A stretch of 63,988 nt of DNA, counting the filler, from Circinaria calcarea (Eukaryota), in assembly GCA_051942165.1 (NCBI GenBank). It is 6 parts of 6 records of this genome, joined end to end, with 100 filler letters (N's around TTAATTAATTAA, not from the genome) between each part and the next. Parts side by side here need not be neighbours in the genome. Positions count along the whole stretch, not along the records: positions 1 to 10,803 come from JAVECS010000759.1; positions 10,904 to 21,685 come from JAVECS010000760.1; 4 more parts are not named here. The stretch is one strand, 5' to 3'. Below the pieces are notes generated by a model. That model was given only the letters and a program-made list of their open reading frames with translations. It did no database searches and had not been told where the DNA came from. The position numbers and the translations under genes were made by a program. This document shows positions 1 to 11,400 of this stretch, in pieces. How positions within the stretch are numbered: the stretch's first letter is position 1; every line of letters begins with the position of its first letter.

Positions 1-635
1 CCCCAGCACCACCCTCCCCTGCCTTGCCCAAAGCCCCTCGCAAGGCCTTTCCCGTCCAAAAGCCTGCACGCACGCGTCGGCCCCGTGTCCCACGCTCGGA
101 AACGGCCACGCCTCATCCTTTGTGCTCCGGAGGCCGCAACAGTCGAGCGAGTCCTGGATGCGGCGAATGGCTCGCGCGTCCTTGAGGCGGAAGAAGAGAT
201 GCCAGCGTCGCTCGAGGAAACAGGTGAGCGTGGAGGGGCGGAGGTCTGCGGCCGCGAGGGTGAGGAGGACGGTGTCGAGGAGGGCGAGGAGGGCGATGGT
301 GAGGGCGAGGGAATTTGCGGCGGTGAATCTCGCGTGGGAGGAGGAGAGGAGGGATTTGGCAGAGGGACGGCGGATGAGGAGGAGAGAGGGTGTGAGGAGG
401 AGGTAGTTTGACAGGGGTAGGATTACGGCGAGAAAGGCTGTGAGGACTGGGATTGGCAGGGAGAGGTAGGAGGCGCGGAGGGTAAGGGTGAAGGAAAGGG
501 CGGTTGCAGCGATGGCGAGCTGCGGTGGTGGGGAAGGAGGTGATTAGCTGTGAATGGCCGGGGGTGGGGAGCAGACGGAAGCAAGGAGCAGGTGCTTACC
601 AAGGCACCCGCGATTTTGAAAATGAGGGTTCGCAT
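1..635 (-). CDS. TSP3: Fungal tetraspanin, Tsp3-like (3' end runs off window)
   Basis: Not in the ORF track as a spliced gene. ATG at 635 (MRTLIFKIAGAL), intron ~520-599 (GTAAGC...GCTAAT...CAG), then hydrophobic segments and an extracellular loop CFLERRWHLFFRLKDARAIRRIQDSLDCCGL...DEAWPF...C...GR..C...W with the tetraspanin CCG motif. Confidence 0.75.
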
Positions 636-1134
636 TTCTTTTACTTTGAGATCGAATCTCTCTTCTTGCAGGAGGGTTGGTTGTGGTGGCGGACGAAGAA
701 GAGAAAGTGGGAAGGGAAAGAAGGGAGAAAGTGGGGAATGTCGTCGATAGCTTATGCAGTGAAGCGAAGCCAAGCCTGTGAAATTGAGGGGCTTTGGGTT
801 GCACGGCAGGAAGAAAGTTAACCAGGATGACGAGGGCCGAATCAAGGTGTTCCAAACAGAGCCTCTATAGCATCATCAAGGAGAATCTAGGACAATAGTA
901 TTCTCTCACCAAATAATGAATCAGACTGAGATAGATGCATTCTCTACCAGTTCCTGTTCCGGACTAAATGTGCCAAGTCTGTGGGGGAAGAACGGGCGTG
1001 GAACTAACCCATGGCCCGAAGAGATATGACTGATGAGTGCAGTATTCTCCCCACTGCCGACACTGTGTAGTGACCCTGCTGCACCGTTGGAAACCTTGTA
1101 GCAACATTGAGCGACCACAGCGTGAACCATCCAC

Positions 1135-3109
1135 CTACTCCACATGGACTCCGCTCCCAAATCCTCCCTCGGCTCCCTTTTCTTTCATAACCACCGCCTC
1201 TTCGTCACTAGGACTTCCATGTTCAATCCTTTTTTCCGCAACATAATTGCCCGTCATTTCAGTAATAAGACCATACTCGTAAGCTTTCGCCTCGACTTCT
1301 TCATCTCTTAAAAACGGAAGCTCCTTCGCTGCTCTGACGTAGCTAATTTTCTCACAGTATCCTTTGGCAAAGATAATGTCAATCTCTTCCAAGCTACGCT
1401 GCTTCGTTTCGGGGTAGTAAAAGTAAATGATCGGAATGAAGCATGCATTGACGACAGCGAAAAAGAGATAGGTTCCCCATCCGATGCGATCGATCATGAT
1501 CGGTGTTATCATCACTATGAGGAAATTGAATAGCCAATTCGAACAGGTACTCATTGCGTTGGCTTTAGCACGTGTCTTGATCGGATTGACTTCTGCAGGA
1601 TACAACCATGGTAGAGGTAGCCACGTGGCGCCGAAGCTGGCAATATAGGTAAATAGGCCCACGGCTGCTCCTTTCGCTGCTCCGGGAGTACCCGGTATAA
1701 GGCATGAGAATGTAAGGACCATTGACAACCCTTGTCCAACTGTGCCCCAAAGGAAGAGCTTCCGCCGGCCGGCCCGTTCTATGATGAACCAACTGACGGT
1801 AGCAAAGATAGAGTACACAATCATGTTGATGCCGCCGAGCAGTAGAGACATGGCGTGAGTCTGCTTGATGCTCCGTTCAAAGAGGATAGGGAAGTAGTAA
1901 ATAACTGCATTGCACCCGCCCACTTGTTGCATGAGTTGCGAGCTAACACCAAGCATCATGCGGCGAAAGTGTTGGGTTTTTCCGTTCGTGAACAGAGCTT
2001 TAAGGGGAGTCCCTTTTCGTCCAGCATATCCGGATGCCCGGATACTTTCCATGATAATGGTCTTTTGTAATTGCGTTTCTCTATCACTGACTTCTAATCC
2101 TCTCAATGCCGCTATGACGGTCTCGCCCTCCTCGTATCTTTCCCTTGTCAGTAGCCAGCGGGGAGATTCGGGTAACCATATCATCCCAATGCAAACGACC
2201 AGTGCAAAGATGATCTGGAATGCAATGGGAAACCGCCATACAAGGTCGGGAGGTCCATAGGAAGCCCCGTAATCGATCCAGTATGCGGTTAGCGTGCCAA
2301 AGGCTATGACACCACCCTCGATACAGATTAGAAGCCCTCGGTTACTTGTCCGACTACATTCAGCTAACGCCGTGTCAGCTACAATGTTCCAATGAATATT
2401 CTGCATGGTCGACAGACCTTGATAGGTGGGGATTGTAGAAGTATTTATGCCATTACTATAGAATATCACATTAGCGCTGTCTCCGATGGAGCTTTAAAGG
2501 CAACGAAAACGTACCCAACGCCAGTGATGACTCTCCCAATGATAAACTGAGCTAACGGATTGGAACCGGGCTGAGCGGTTACCTGAACAATAGCTCCTAA
2601 TATCATTGTAGCTCCTCTAGTCATCGTTTATGATTAGTTTGGACACTACTCCCTTGGATACGACGAGATACATACCCGAGCATCATAGACCGCCGGCGAC
2701 CAAGGTAGTCTCCAGACCCAAGGATGAAGATAGCCCCAAAGAGGCATCCTGTTCCAGCTCAGATGAATTCTCCGGCTTTGGAAAAAGGGAATAGATACCG
2801 ATCTCATAGATGGCAGTAACAAAGCCCTGCATCGCGGGTCTGTCTCTCGTAGCGGTAAAAACGTTGTTAAACGCAGGCGCAGTAATGATGCCCGACATGA
2901 CACCTGGCCTGATAATCAGTCTGACAGCGAGCGTGAGAGAGAAAGAGCGAATACCAACCTTGATCATATCCAAAAAGTACGAATCCTATCGCTATAGATC
3001 AGCAACCAATAGCTAGTCTGCGTGAACCTCGAGTACCTGTTGTTGCAACAGTCGAGACTGCCAAAGAAAGAGGCCTCCCTGTAAGACCCATGAACTTTGG
3101 AGGAGCCAT
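1135..3109 (-). CDS. MFS sugar porter, STL1-like (multi-exon)
   Basis: ATG 3109 (MAPPKFMGLTGRPLSLAVSTVATT), several short introns to ~2370. Sugar-porter motifs PESPRWL, QQVGGCNAVIYY, GRRKL, YPETK.RSLEEID in ORF 1135..2469. Confidence 0.9.
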
Positions 3110-4738
3110 GGTTTGTCCAACGGATCAGAGAGGCGCCGCCTAGAGCTTTCTCTTTTCTGATCAAGGGCGAATTGCGAACAAAGCATCAAACTCAAGCAAA
3201 TACAAGCATGGAAACGGTGTTGGGAAGTTATGTGTTAAAATGGTAAACGCGAGGGCATTCGGGGTTATGTAGCTGTTCGAGTCGTCGAGCCATTTTGGGG
3301 TAGTCGGCCGACAGTAATGACGGAGTAAGTGCCCGACTGCGATGAAGGGCCCGCGATTGGGCGATGCCATCTACTCCGCGACCGCTACTGGCGTGCATGC
3401 TGTATGCTGTGTAGGGCAGTTGGTTGAGGATGCACCTCGAACACTGTGGTTGACGTTGATTTGTGGAGGACGTTGAATTTTGTTTGGGGTTCCTAGCGTG
3501 AAGCCACCCCGCATCTTCTAATCGGGAAGCTTATCGGGATTACTACCCCTTCCCGGGAGAGTAAATGGAGCAACCTCGGTACTCGGGGAATGTGCACCTG
3601 TCAAGGCAAACCTCTCACATGAGAACCGCATGCACAGGAGAGAATCCGTGAAGAAAAAGATACGAGCTCTTTGAATATCAGATTTTATTGAGACCATCTA
3701 AATGGCTGGATTTTTGGGTCATTTGGGGTCGCCAATGAAAGCCCTACACCGTAGACACAGCTAATCCTACTCCACATCTGCTTGCAAGAAACAGTCAGCT
3801 AGGAGACTGCCTATACACATGTATAGTCTTGACTCAGGGGACCACCATGGCTCAGAACCGTCATGGTCTCACAGAATTGGGCCAAATCGTACAGGGAAGT
3901 GGTTTTCAAAAATCGAGACTGGCATCGAGTGGCTGAATGAAGTTTGGCTCTTCGTCGCTGCCTTGTACTCCGTAGCAAGCGTTGTTCGTCCTAGAGTAGT
4001 CGACTCTTGTTGCTGCTCCACCGACCGTTATATCTGTATAGTCGGCGGCCTTCCGAAAGATTCCCCTGCAATTTCGCGATACACGTTACCATAAGCGCGC
4101 AGCATCACATGTTCACTTGCCAACTGTAGACTGCTCGAGGTACAAAAGATCGAGAGGAGGTGAAAGTAAACAACATCAGCAGAGCGTGCGGATCCTCTCG
4201 GTATTCTCTTTTGCGGTGAAACTACTACCATCACCCTCAATGGAGAGTCTGAACGATACGCAACAGATAAGAGACATGTCCCGCGCACAAACGTCGCCGT
4301 CATCAATGAAAGCAACGCCAGTAGAAGCCAATGGAAAGTTAGCGCTTGCGTCATGAGATATGGAGCTTGCTTGAAAGAAGCTTAGCGTTCCTCCCACAAC
4401 CCCTGGAAGGGTTTCCAACGTCTTGTCTCGCTCGTGGGAAGGACCTCAGGGAATTATCAGATTCTTAAGCCATCCGGGAGGGACAACCGGGGAAACCATG
4501 ATATCAGCGGCATAGCCAAGGCAAGAGGCGCCAGCTATGATACAGACACGATGCTACTGTATTATGGTATCTGGCAGGAGCAGGGCGCCCGTCCCACCGC
4601 CTTAATTTTCCTAGCGCAGCGCCCATGACTTCACTAGTTCAGTACAAAAGCATGGTGCTCTCGGTGAAGCATGTCTTCACGTCACTTAAGTACTCTCCTT
4701 CTCTCTCTTGCTCTTCCCCAATCTCTAGCTTGCTTGCC

Positions 4739-5830
4739 ATGTCTCCTTACATTGGGAAACCAAAGGCCTCCGGTTCTAAAAAGGCCTGGGTAACCTTACT
4801 GACCCGCTCTTCCTATCTCCCGGGCGTCCTGACCTTGGCCTTCACGCTCCGGAAACATGGCACCAAATTCCCGCTCATTGTGGTAGTGACCCCATCTCTT
4901 CCCGCCACGTCCCTCCACGCCCTCGAGTTAGAAGCGTCCTACAATTCCCTCATCCTTGTCCACCCGACCAACCCTCTCCTTCCTCCTAATCAGCCCACCA
5001 ATCTTATCGCATCACGCTTTGAAGATACCTGGACGAAGCTTCGCGTCTTCGAACTTACCGCCTACACTACTCTTATCTTCCTCGATGCCGACATGACTAT
5101 TTTCCGCAACATGGATGACGCTTTCTCCATCGTTCTCCCTGGCAAGGACTGGCTCGCTGCCAATCACGCCTGCGTATGCAATCTCGACCACGACCCCTGG
5201 GCCCAACGCGATTGGAACCCTCACAATTGCGCGTATACTCCTCTTCGCCACCCTTCGGCTCTCACCTCCCCCACACCCTTTCCGCTTTCCACCGAAGCAA
5301 AACCAACTCATCGTCGCATGAACAGCGGCATGTTCATCTTTCATCCCTCGGATTCGCTTTGGATGTCCTTGCTGGACTACTTCTCCACTTCCGAAAAATT
5401 GTCAACTTACAAATTTCCCGACCAGGATTTTCTCGACGACTTCTTCGCCGATCGCCGGATGAGCATTGGATGGCAGTACAACGCAATCAAGACGATGCGA
5501 AACTGGCATGAGAATATATGGCGAGACGAAGAAGTGCGCGGCCTCCATTACATTGTAGATAAGCCGTGGCAGCGGCGTGTGGCGAGCGATGGGATTGGGG
5601 GCTATTTGGGAAGGGACGGGGTGACGCACGGCTGGTGGTGGGAAGTCTGGGAGGAGTGGAGGGCAAAGAGGGGAGGCGAGCTGAGGGATATTGTGGATGA
5701 GATTGTCGCGAAGCCGTTGGATGAAGAGGGGGATAGAAGGCAGAGAGAGGAGAATAAGAAAAAGGGGTTTCCGGTTCCGATACCGCCTCATCCAGGGATG
5801 ATGGTAAATGGGAATGGGTATGCAAACTAG
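4739..5830 (+). CDS. Glycosyltransferase family 8 (glycogenin/galactinol synthase-like)
   Basis: Motifs WTKL, FLDAD (DxD), NSG, DQDFL, YNA, HYI.DKPW. Likely ATG 4739; the ORF extends upstream to 4625. Confidence 0.9.
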   Translation: MSPYIGKPKASGSKKAWVTLLTRSSYLPGVLTLAFTLRKHGTKFPLIVVVTPSLPATSLHALELEASYNSLILVHPTNPLLPPNQPTNLIASRFEDTWTKLRVFELTAYTTLIFLDADMTIFRNMDDAFSIVLPGKDWLAANHACVCNLDHDPWAQRDWNPHNCAYTPLRHPSALTSPTPFPLSTEAKPTHRRMNSGMFIFHPSDSLWMSLLDYFSTSEKLSTYKFPDQDFLDDFFADRRMSIGWQYNAIKTMRNWHENIWRDEEVRGLHYIVDKPWQRRVASDGIGGYLGRDGVTHGWWWEVWEEWRAKRGGELRDIVDEIVAKPLDEEGDRRQREENKKKGFPVPIPPHPGMMVNGNGYAN

Positions 5831-6900
5831 ACCGATAGAAGATTGGATGATCAGAACAATAACAGTTTGTATTCAATAGACAAGTAATAAGAATTGATCC
5901 ATCCTCTTAGACCACTAAATACCGCAAATAAGCCATCAGTACAAGCTATAGGAAGGCCCTGTTCCTTTCCCCCTACGGTGAATTTCTAAAGCCTCCTCCC
6001 TATCGATTCAGTCCCAATGCGCCTTTCCTTTCGCTCCCCACACATTAGATGCACGTTTAAAGTATCCTTTTAAAATCTCTTGCTGCCCCATGTGCCATTC
6101 CCAAATTGGCTTCGCCGATATCACCCACTAGGTACATATATATACCCGGTCAAAAATACTTCCAAGTACGATCCTAAGAAAATGTTTTTGTTACAGGGTA
6201 TGGATATATTTCCTCGTCATACATTGTGACTTAATCATTAGGGGGACGTCAACTTGAGGTTTCTGTTTGCGTGTCAAATTGTCTACAGACGTCATTAGTC
6301 GAAAAAGAAATACCGGGGGTAAGCCTCTCGCTTCGGAAAATCCCTTCCTCCGGTCCAGCCACTCCCGGAATGCGACCGTCTTCAGCCACGGCAATAGTTC
6401 CCAACCACCAAAGACATTATCATGAGGTCAAGACATTTTTCTCGTCTTCTATTCTTTTATCCCATTGTCTTCATAGCAAGTTTATCATATTCTTATCCTA
6501 ACATACATTGATACATGTGATACCAAGAGACATCTTTCCCATATACTCCGGACCACGGATCCAACATCGGCATATCTAGGCGAATCTCTCCCGACAGCAC
6601 CGACAGCCTTATTCTCCGAGCTGCCTTATCACGCTTATCCGGATACATCACGCTTATCTAGATACATACGTAAACATCCACAACATTCTAAGCAATATCT
6701 CTCGCTCATTCCATCGTCGCTGCAAACGCCCGAGCAGCAGGAAGGGTGCTCACAGCACTCTGTGAACTCTAGAAAGAAAGCTGAATTACAACTTAATCCA
6801 GAAATACCCTTCTTGTTCGACGCTTTGAGAGCTTTGGAAGTGGGGTGGAGCAAGCACGTGGTTGCGATCCATTTAGCCAAAACTCAAACATCCCTCAGAT

Positions 6901-8460
6901 ATGAACGGGACCTCTTCACATGGCCATATCAAGTCATCACCCTCTATTCAAAGTTCCTGCGATCCATCTCCTCTGTCTCGCGATTCCACCAGCATCTTCG
7001 ATGGAACGAGTAGCACTATACTGGAACCACCAAAAGCTTTAACGTCCACATCTCCTTTCGCTTCTGCGCAAACCTCGCCACAAAGACCATCCTCGAGATC
7101 ATCAAGTAAACTTCAGCACCCATATATCGAAACAGACGTACATGGGCGCCAATCGTCACCTCTTCCCACTCAATATGGCGATAGTGCGTTAGAAGATCAA
7201 CAAAACTCGGTTATACAAATCCCTCCATCTTTGGTGTCGAAAAGTATCACCTTCAACTCGTCATCTCAGCAATCTTCGGTACCGTCCTCCCCTTCCAAAG
7301 AAAAGTGGTCCTTCGTATCCGATTTTAGTGAAATCCAGCCTTCGGAGGCAAGGTCTAGTCAAAAAGGTGGTATACTGGCAGATTGGTTCCGAGGCGAAAG
7401 TAACCCAATCAGCATTGGACTCATACCATCGCCAACGAAGGAGAAGACCGATCCTTTGGAAAACATGATGCCTCAGACTGCAGCCTTACACTTCGGGTTG
7501 GCCCAGTCAAAATCAGCAACGAAACCGCCAGCAAAATCTTCCGCGTCAAACCTAAGTCGATTCTCATTTTTCGGCGCTAAAACTTCTCCGATTTCAGCGA
7601 CTAAGCCTCAAGGTGATGACGAGCTCGCTCAGCTGGATATCAAGACGGCTCTACTTCCCGGTGGACAGATGGATCCTTTCTCTCCTTCTTCGTTCAAAAA
7701 CTTACTCCAAAATGCGGAAGGACTGTTGTCTCGACTACAGACTGCCTACAAGCAGCGTACGGCTACACTCCAAGAGGTTATTGCAGAGAAGGAAGCACAG
7801 TCCGAGGAGTTGATAGAGGCTCAGACAAGGGCAAAATATCTCAAGCTGCAACTAGATGATTTGTCAGCCAAGTTAGCTGAGCAGGATGAAGCTGTGATGA
7901 GCATGGTAAACGAGCTGGCCCAAGAGAAGCAAGCGCGGCAAGAAGATGAACAAGCTAGAAAGAGGACAATACGCGTGGTCGACGCAACAACTGAGGTTCG
8001 TCGAATTAGCAGCCGTCGCTCGAAAGACCGGATGAGCCGGGCTAGCACCGTCAGTGACTCAGGCTTTGAATCCGATGGAGACAGCCTGTTCTCCAAGGAG
8101 CACGATAGCTCTTCACCAACCACAACTAGCACCCCCACTTCAAGTATACATTCGCCAGTCACTTCCCAGCACTCAAAGTTTGCCCCTTTTCAGAAGCCGC
8201 AATCGGAAGCGAAACTTACCCAAGCTGTTCCAATCGAGACGGAAGTCGGATCAGTTCACCTTCTGGAATCCACAGTGGCGCCAGTAGCAAAAAATACAGC
8301 AAAACGGTCTTCTTTAAATAGCGAAGTCGTCCATTCATCGGAAGCCTGGGGCGTCGTGGACATTTTGAAAGAGGAGAACAAGGGTTTGAAGGAGAGGGTT
8401 GGACATCTCGAAGGCGCTCTGGATGGATGTTTGGAGCTTGTACATGGCCTGACTTTCTGA
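6901..8460 (+). CDS. Hypothetical fungal Ser/Pro-rich protein with coiled-coil segments
   Basis: 519-aa ORF with a DPFSPSSFKNL...L..AY coiled-coil block and a C-terminal EN..LK.RV..LE..LDGCL coiled coil. The 5' end is uncertain. Confidence 0.7.
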   Translation: MNGTSSHGHIKSSPSIQSSCDPSPLSRDSTSIFDGTSSTILEPPKALTSTSPFASAQTSPQRPSSRSSSKLQHPYIETDVHGRQSSPLPTQYGDSALEDQQNSVIQIPPSLVSKSITFNSSSQQSSVPSSPSKEKWSFVSDFSEIQPSEARSSQKGGILADWFRGESNPISIGLIPSPTKEKTDPLENMMPQTAALHFGLAQSKSATKPPAKSSASNLSRFSFFGAKTSPISATKPQGDDELAQLDIKTALLPGGQMDPFSPSSFKNLLQNAEGLLSRLQTAYKQRTATLQEVIAEKEAQSEELIEAQTRAKYLKLQLDDLSAKLAEQDEAVMSMVNELAQEKQARQEDEQARKRTIRVVDATTEVRRISSRRSKDRMSRASTVSDSGFESDGDSLFSKEHDSSSPTTTSTPTSSIHSPVTSQHSKFAPFQKPQSEAKLTQAVPIETEVGSVHLLESTVAPVAKNTAKRSSLNSEVVHSSEAWGVVDILKEENKGLKERVGHLEGALDGCLELVHGLTF

Positions 8461-9435
8461 TGGTAAAAGTTCTCATCTCCAATGTTGCAAGATCAGATGA
8501 TATGGGAGTCGGCATTACGATTTTACATAGCTCGAGAGGATTTTCTAAGGAAAGATCATGGCTTCGACCGTCGACCTTATCTAATGAAATATCCAGGTGT
8601 TACAGCTGCTGAAAGCAACGTTCATCAAACAATTTCAAACTCTACATTCGCAAATCAAGTCGAATGAAATACGTACCGTTCATCCACATGTGCTCAGCGG
8701 GAATACACTGGTTAACCGTGTTGATCTTGGATATCAAAAGCTGCAAGAGTTACCGCGGGTACGCGCATAGTAATGGCTATAGACAACCTTCTTTCGGTGA
8801 CAAACCCATTATACTATAAGAACACCCACCTTATATACTCCTGTCCCGGACAGATACTCGTAATTCCACGGTTCCTTACCCTCTCCACTCAAGACGAACA
8901 TGGAGCTTTTCTCGCTCAACGACGGCTTTTCATCCCTACCTGACCTAACCATGCTTTTATTATCCCCCTTGGAGAGCTTCATCTCCTGCCTCCTCTTCTC
9001 GTATGCAGTTATTCATGACTTCTCCCCCGGGGGGAATTCCACGGGGGTATGTATTGCTTAATCTCCCATCCGAATCCACCCTTTCCTCGTATAGCTCCAT
9101 GACAGTCGCGGGACCAGTGTGCGAAGTACTCTCGGGCAGCGACGTTGGCGTCATCGAGGGGTTCGTAGACGCCATCGGTGAGCGCTGGTTCTTCCGTCAC
9201 CAGTCCTAGGCCGAGAGTAGAGGCGGTAAGGTCTGTCTCGCCAACGATGGGGAGGTAGGTAAACGGAAAGTGGGATGTGCGGGGCCTAGGCTGGATGATG
9301 CAGGGCTAATGGACTCCGAATAGCTTCGCGCTACCATAACCACGATAAGCTTAAAGTGAAGCGAACGATCCAGACAATTTCGAGCGGCGATTAGATGAAC
9401 AACGACATGTCGGGTTTACTGAGGCCCTCTTATTA

Positions 9436-9462
9436 TGGCACTGGCACTGGCACTGGCACTGG
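9436..9462. repeat. (TGGCAC)n microsatellite, ~4.5 copies
   Basis: Read directly from the sequence. Confidence 0.85.
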
Positions 9463-10036
9463 ACTGTTCAACTCGTACCGTTCAGACAACTGTTACACGT
9501 GGGTGAGGATTCAGTGTCAGCTCCGTACTGCATCATGACCCTGCGCCTCGTTCTCCTCAACCAATGGCATCCATGCTCAATGCACGTGGGTCTTCCCGAA
9601 ATACGGAGTAGGAGATATACTCTTCATGCGGGTTATGCAACGCATATCGCATGTCCCAACCGTTGAAGGACGGGGCTCGTTGATGTCCAAGTCAGGGGAC
9701 GCGCGAGATGCGATGTGGTAGGGCAACCAGGCCTCCGCTACCCTGACCCCTTCTTCCATTCCCCAGCATCCGTTCGGATCGATTCAGCGGGCCTGATCCG
9801 ACGGATTGCACCGAGTTTTGTTGACGGATCCTTTTCCTATCACTTTATTGGCCACATTATCAGGCACTGCCCCACGTTACCACCCTACAACCAGATCCTA
9901 GATTGCAAGGCGTTATCGCTGTGGAACAGGACTAGCACCAGGCTGTGATTCCATGCGAGACATCATTGAATTCTGCTACATCACGCAACCACATTCTCGA
10001 GCTTCCTACTAAGTACTGGCTGTACCCCTTTTCAAT

Positions 10037-10803
10037 ATGCCGTTCCCTACCCCGTCTGTCGGTGACATTATCATGTTGTCCCAGCTTGCATGGAAAATCG
10101 GTTGTGCTTTCACTGCTGGTCGAGCAGGAGCGCCAGCAGAATTTCAAGTTCGTCAAGGGAACTCACAGAATACGAATGACCTGCTGAGTAGACGTTAGGA
10201 AGTCGAGAATGAACTCAAGAGTCTCACCACTGCCATTACCCTCTTGGCCGAACACCTGGATAGAGATGATCCCGAAGGGGGGATTTTGGCTCAGGCAGAC
10301 CAACGGACAAAGGAAGGTGTTGATACGATAATAGGATGCTGCAGACAAACACTAGAGAGCCTGGAGGCCTTTGTGGACCAGTATCAAGAAATTAGAAGGT
10401 CCGACGGGTCCAATGGACTCGCTTCGCAGCGGACATGGAAAAGTATTCTGATCAAGAATTGGAAGAAGATCATGTGGACTACCGAGGGTGGGGGCCTTCA
10501 ATCTCTAAGAAGCATGTTGGCGATACATATTTCAAGCATAGTATTGGCTCTGCAGGCTTTACAGAGGTGAGCTATTGGGCTGGCTGAGATACATTCTGGC
10601 TATTGTACTAGCTAATGATAATGCAGTCGATCGCTCTTGCGGTTGGAAGAGATCATTGAGCCTGTGGCAAATCAGATGAACAACATACATGACAAATTCA
10701 ATGGAGATCTCGACGTCAAAATCGATGAGATGCACCACCTAATGCTATCTCTTCGTGCTGGCCTTGAATCATCGCCGATGATATGGCCACAACGAGCGCA
10801 AAT
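10037..10803 (+). CDS. Protein with fungal STAND N-terminal (HeLo-like) helical domain; truncated by contig end
   Basis: Spliced reading MPFPTPSVGDIIMLSQLAWKIG...GAPAEFQ|EVENELKSL...CRQTLESLEAFV.QY...WKKIMW...LRSML..H, with introns at ~10148-10198 and ~10567-10626. The SVGD..., AP.EF and C..TL..L pattern is typical of HeLo-like N-termini. Confidence 0.65.
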
Positions 10804-10903
10804 NNNNNNNNNNNNNNNNNNNNNNNNNNNNNNNNNNNNNNNNNNNNTTAATTAATTAANNNNNNNNNNNNNNNNNNNNNNNNNNNNNNNNNNNNNNNNN
10901 NNN
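10804..10903. other. Artificial contig linker N44-TTAATTAATTAA-N44
   Basis: 100-bp spacer with stop codons in all six frames; identical copies occur elsewhere in the window. Confidence 0.98.
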
Positions 10904-11064
10904 TGAAGGTGAAGGTGAAGGTGAAGGTGAAGGTGAAGGTGAAGGTGAAGGTGAAGGTGAAGGTGAAGGTGAAGGTGAAGGTGAAGGTGAAGGTGAAGGT
11001 GAAGGTGAAGGTGAAGGTGAAGGTGAAGGTGAAGGTGAAAGTGAAAGTGAAAGTGAAAGTGAAG
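10904..11064. repeat. (TGAAGG)n microsatellite at contig start, degenerating to TGAAAG
   Basis: About 26 hexamer copies read directly from the sequence. Confidence 0.95.
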
Positions 11065-11400
11065 GGTGGAAACTATGGATATGCAGACTCTGATACAAAA
11101 AGCCTTCAGTGAAAGAGGATAGCGGTAGATAGTAGAACTGCACCAAAATCAATATCTCACACCGAATATGCTAGTATAAGAATCCAGCACTAGGAAAACC
11201 CTACACCTCTCATCAAGCATACGGGCAAGAAAAGACAATGGGTATCTGCGCAAATCCCTTTACAAAACTCCTTTGTGATCCTTATCAACCCCTTGTTCCC
11301 AAAAAGCCCATACAAATATTCCGAACCAGATCCCAACGCCCTAGAATACACAATCTCCGTCCCTAATTAAGTTAGCATAGAGTCTATTCTCATCCTCAAT

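Noticed and set aside
85..411. Glu/Gly-rich plus-strand ORFs
   Set aside because: Antisense shadow of the Leu-rich tetraspanin gene.
3819..4628. Short overlapping ORFs upstream of the GT8 gene
   Set aside because: No motif or splice structure supports a gene.
10848..10859. TTAATTAATTAA as a biological motif (also in the other four gaps)
   Set aside because: It is a six-frame stop linker embedded in Ns.
10904..11064. Telomere or poly-VK/poly-SP protein
   Set aside because: The unit is TGAAGG, not TTAGGG/CCCTAA, and the G-rich strand points inward. The ORFs are translation artefacts of a microsatellite.
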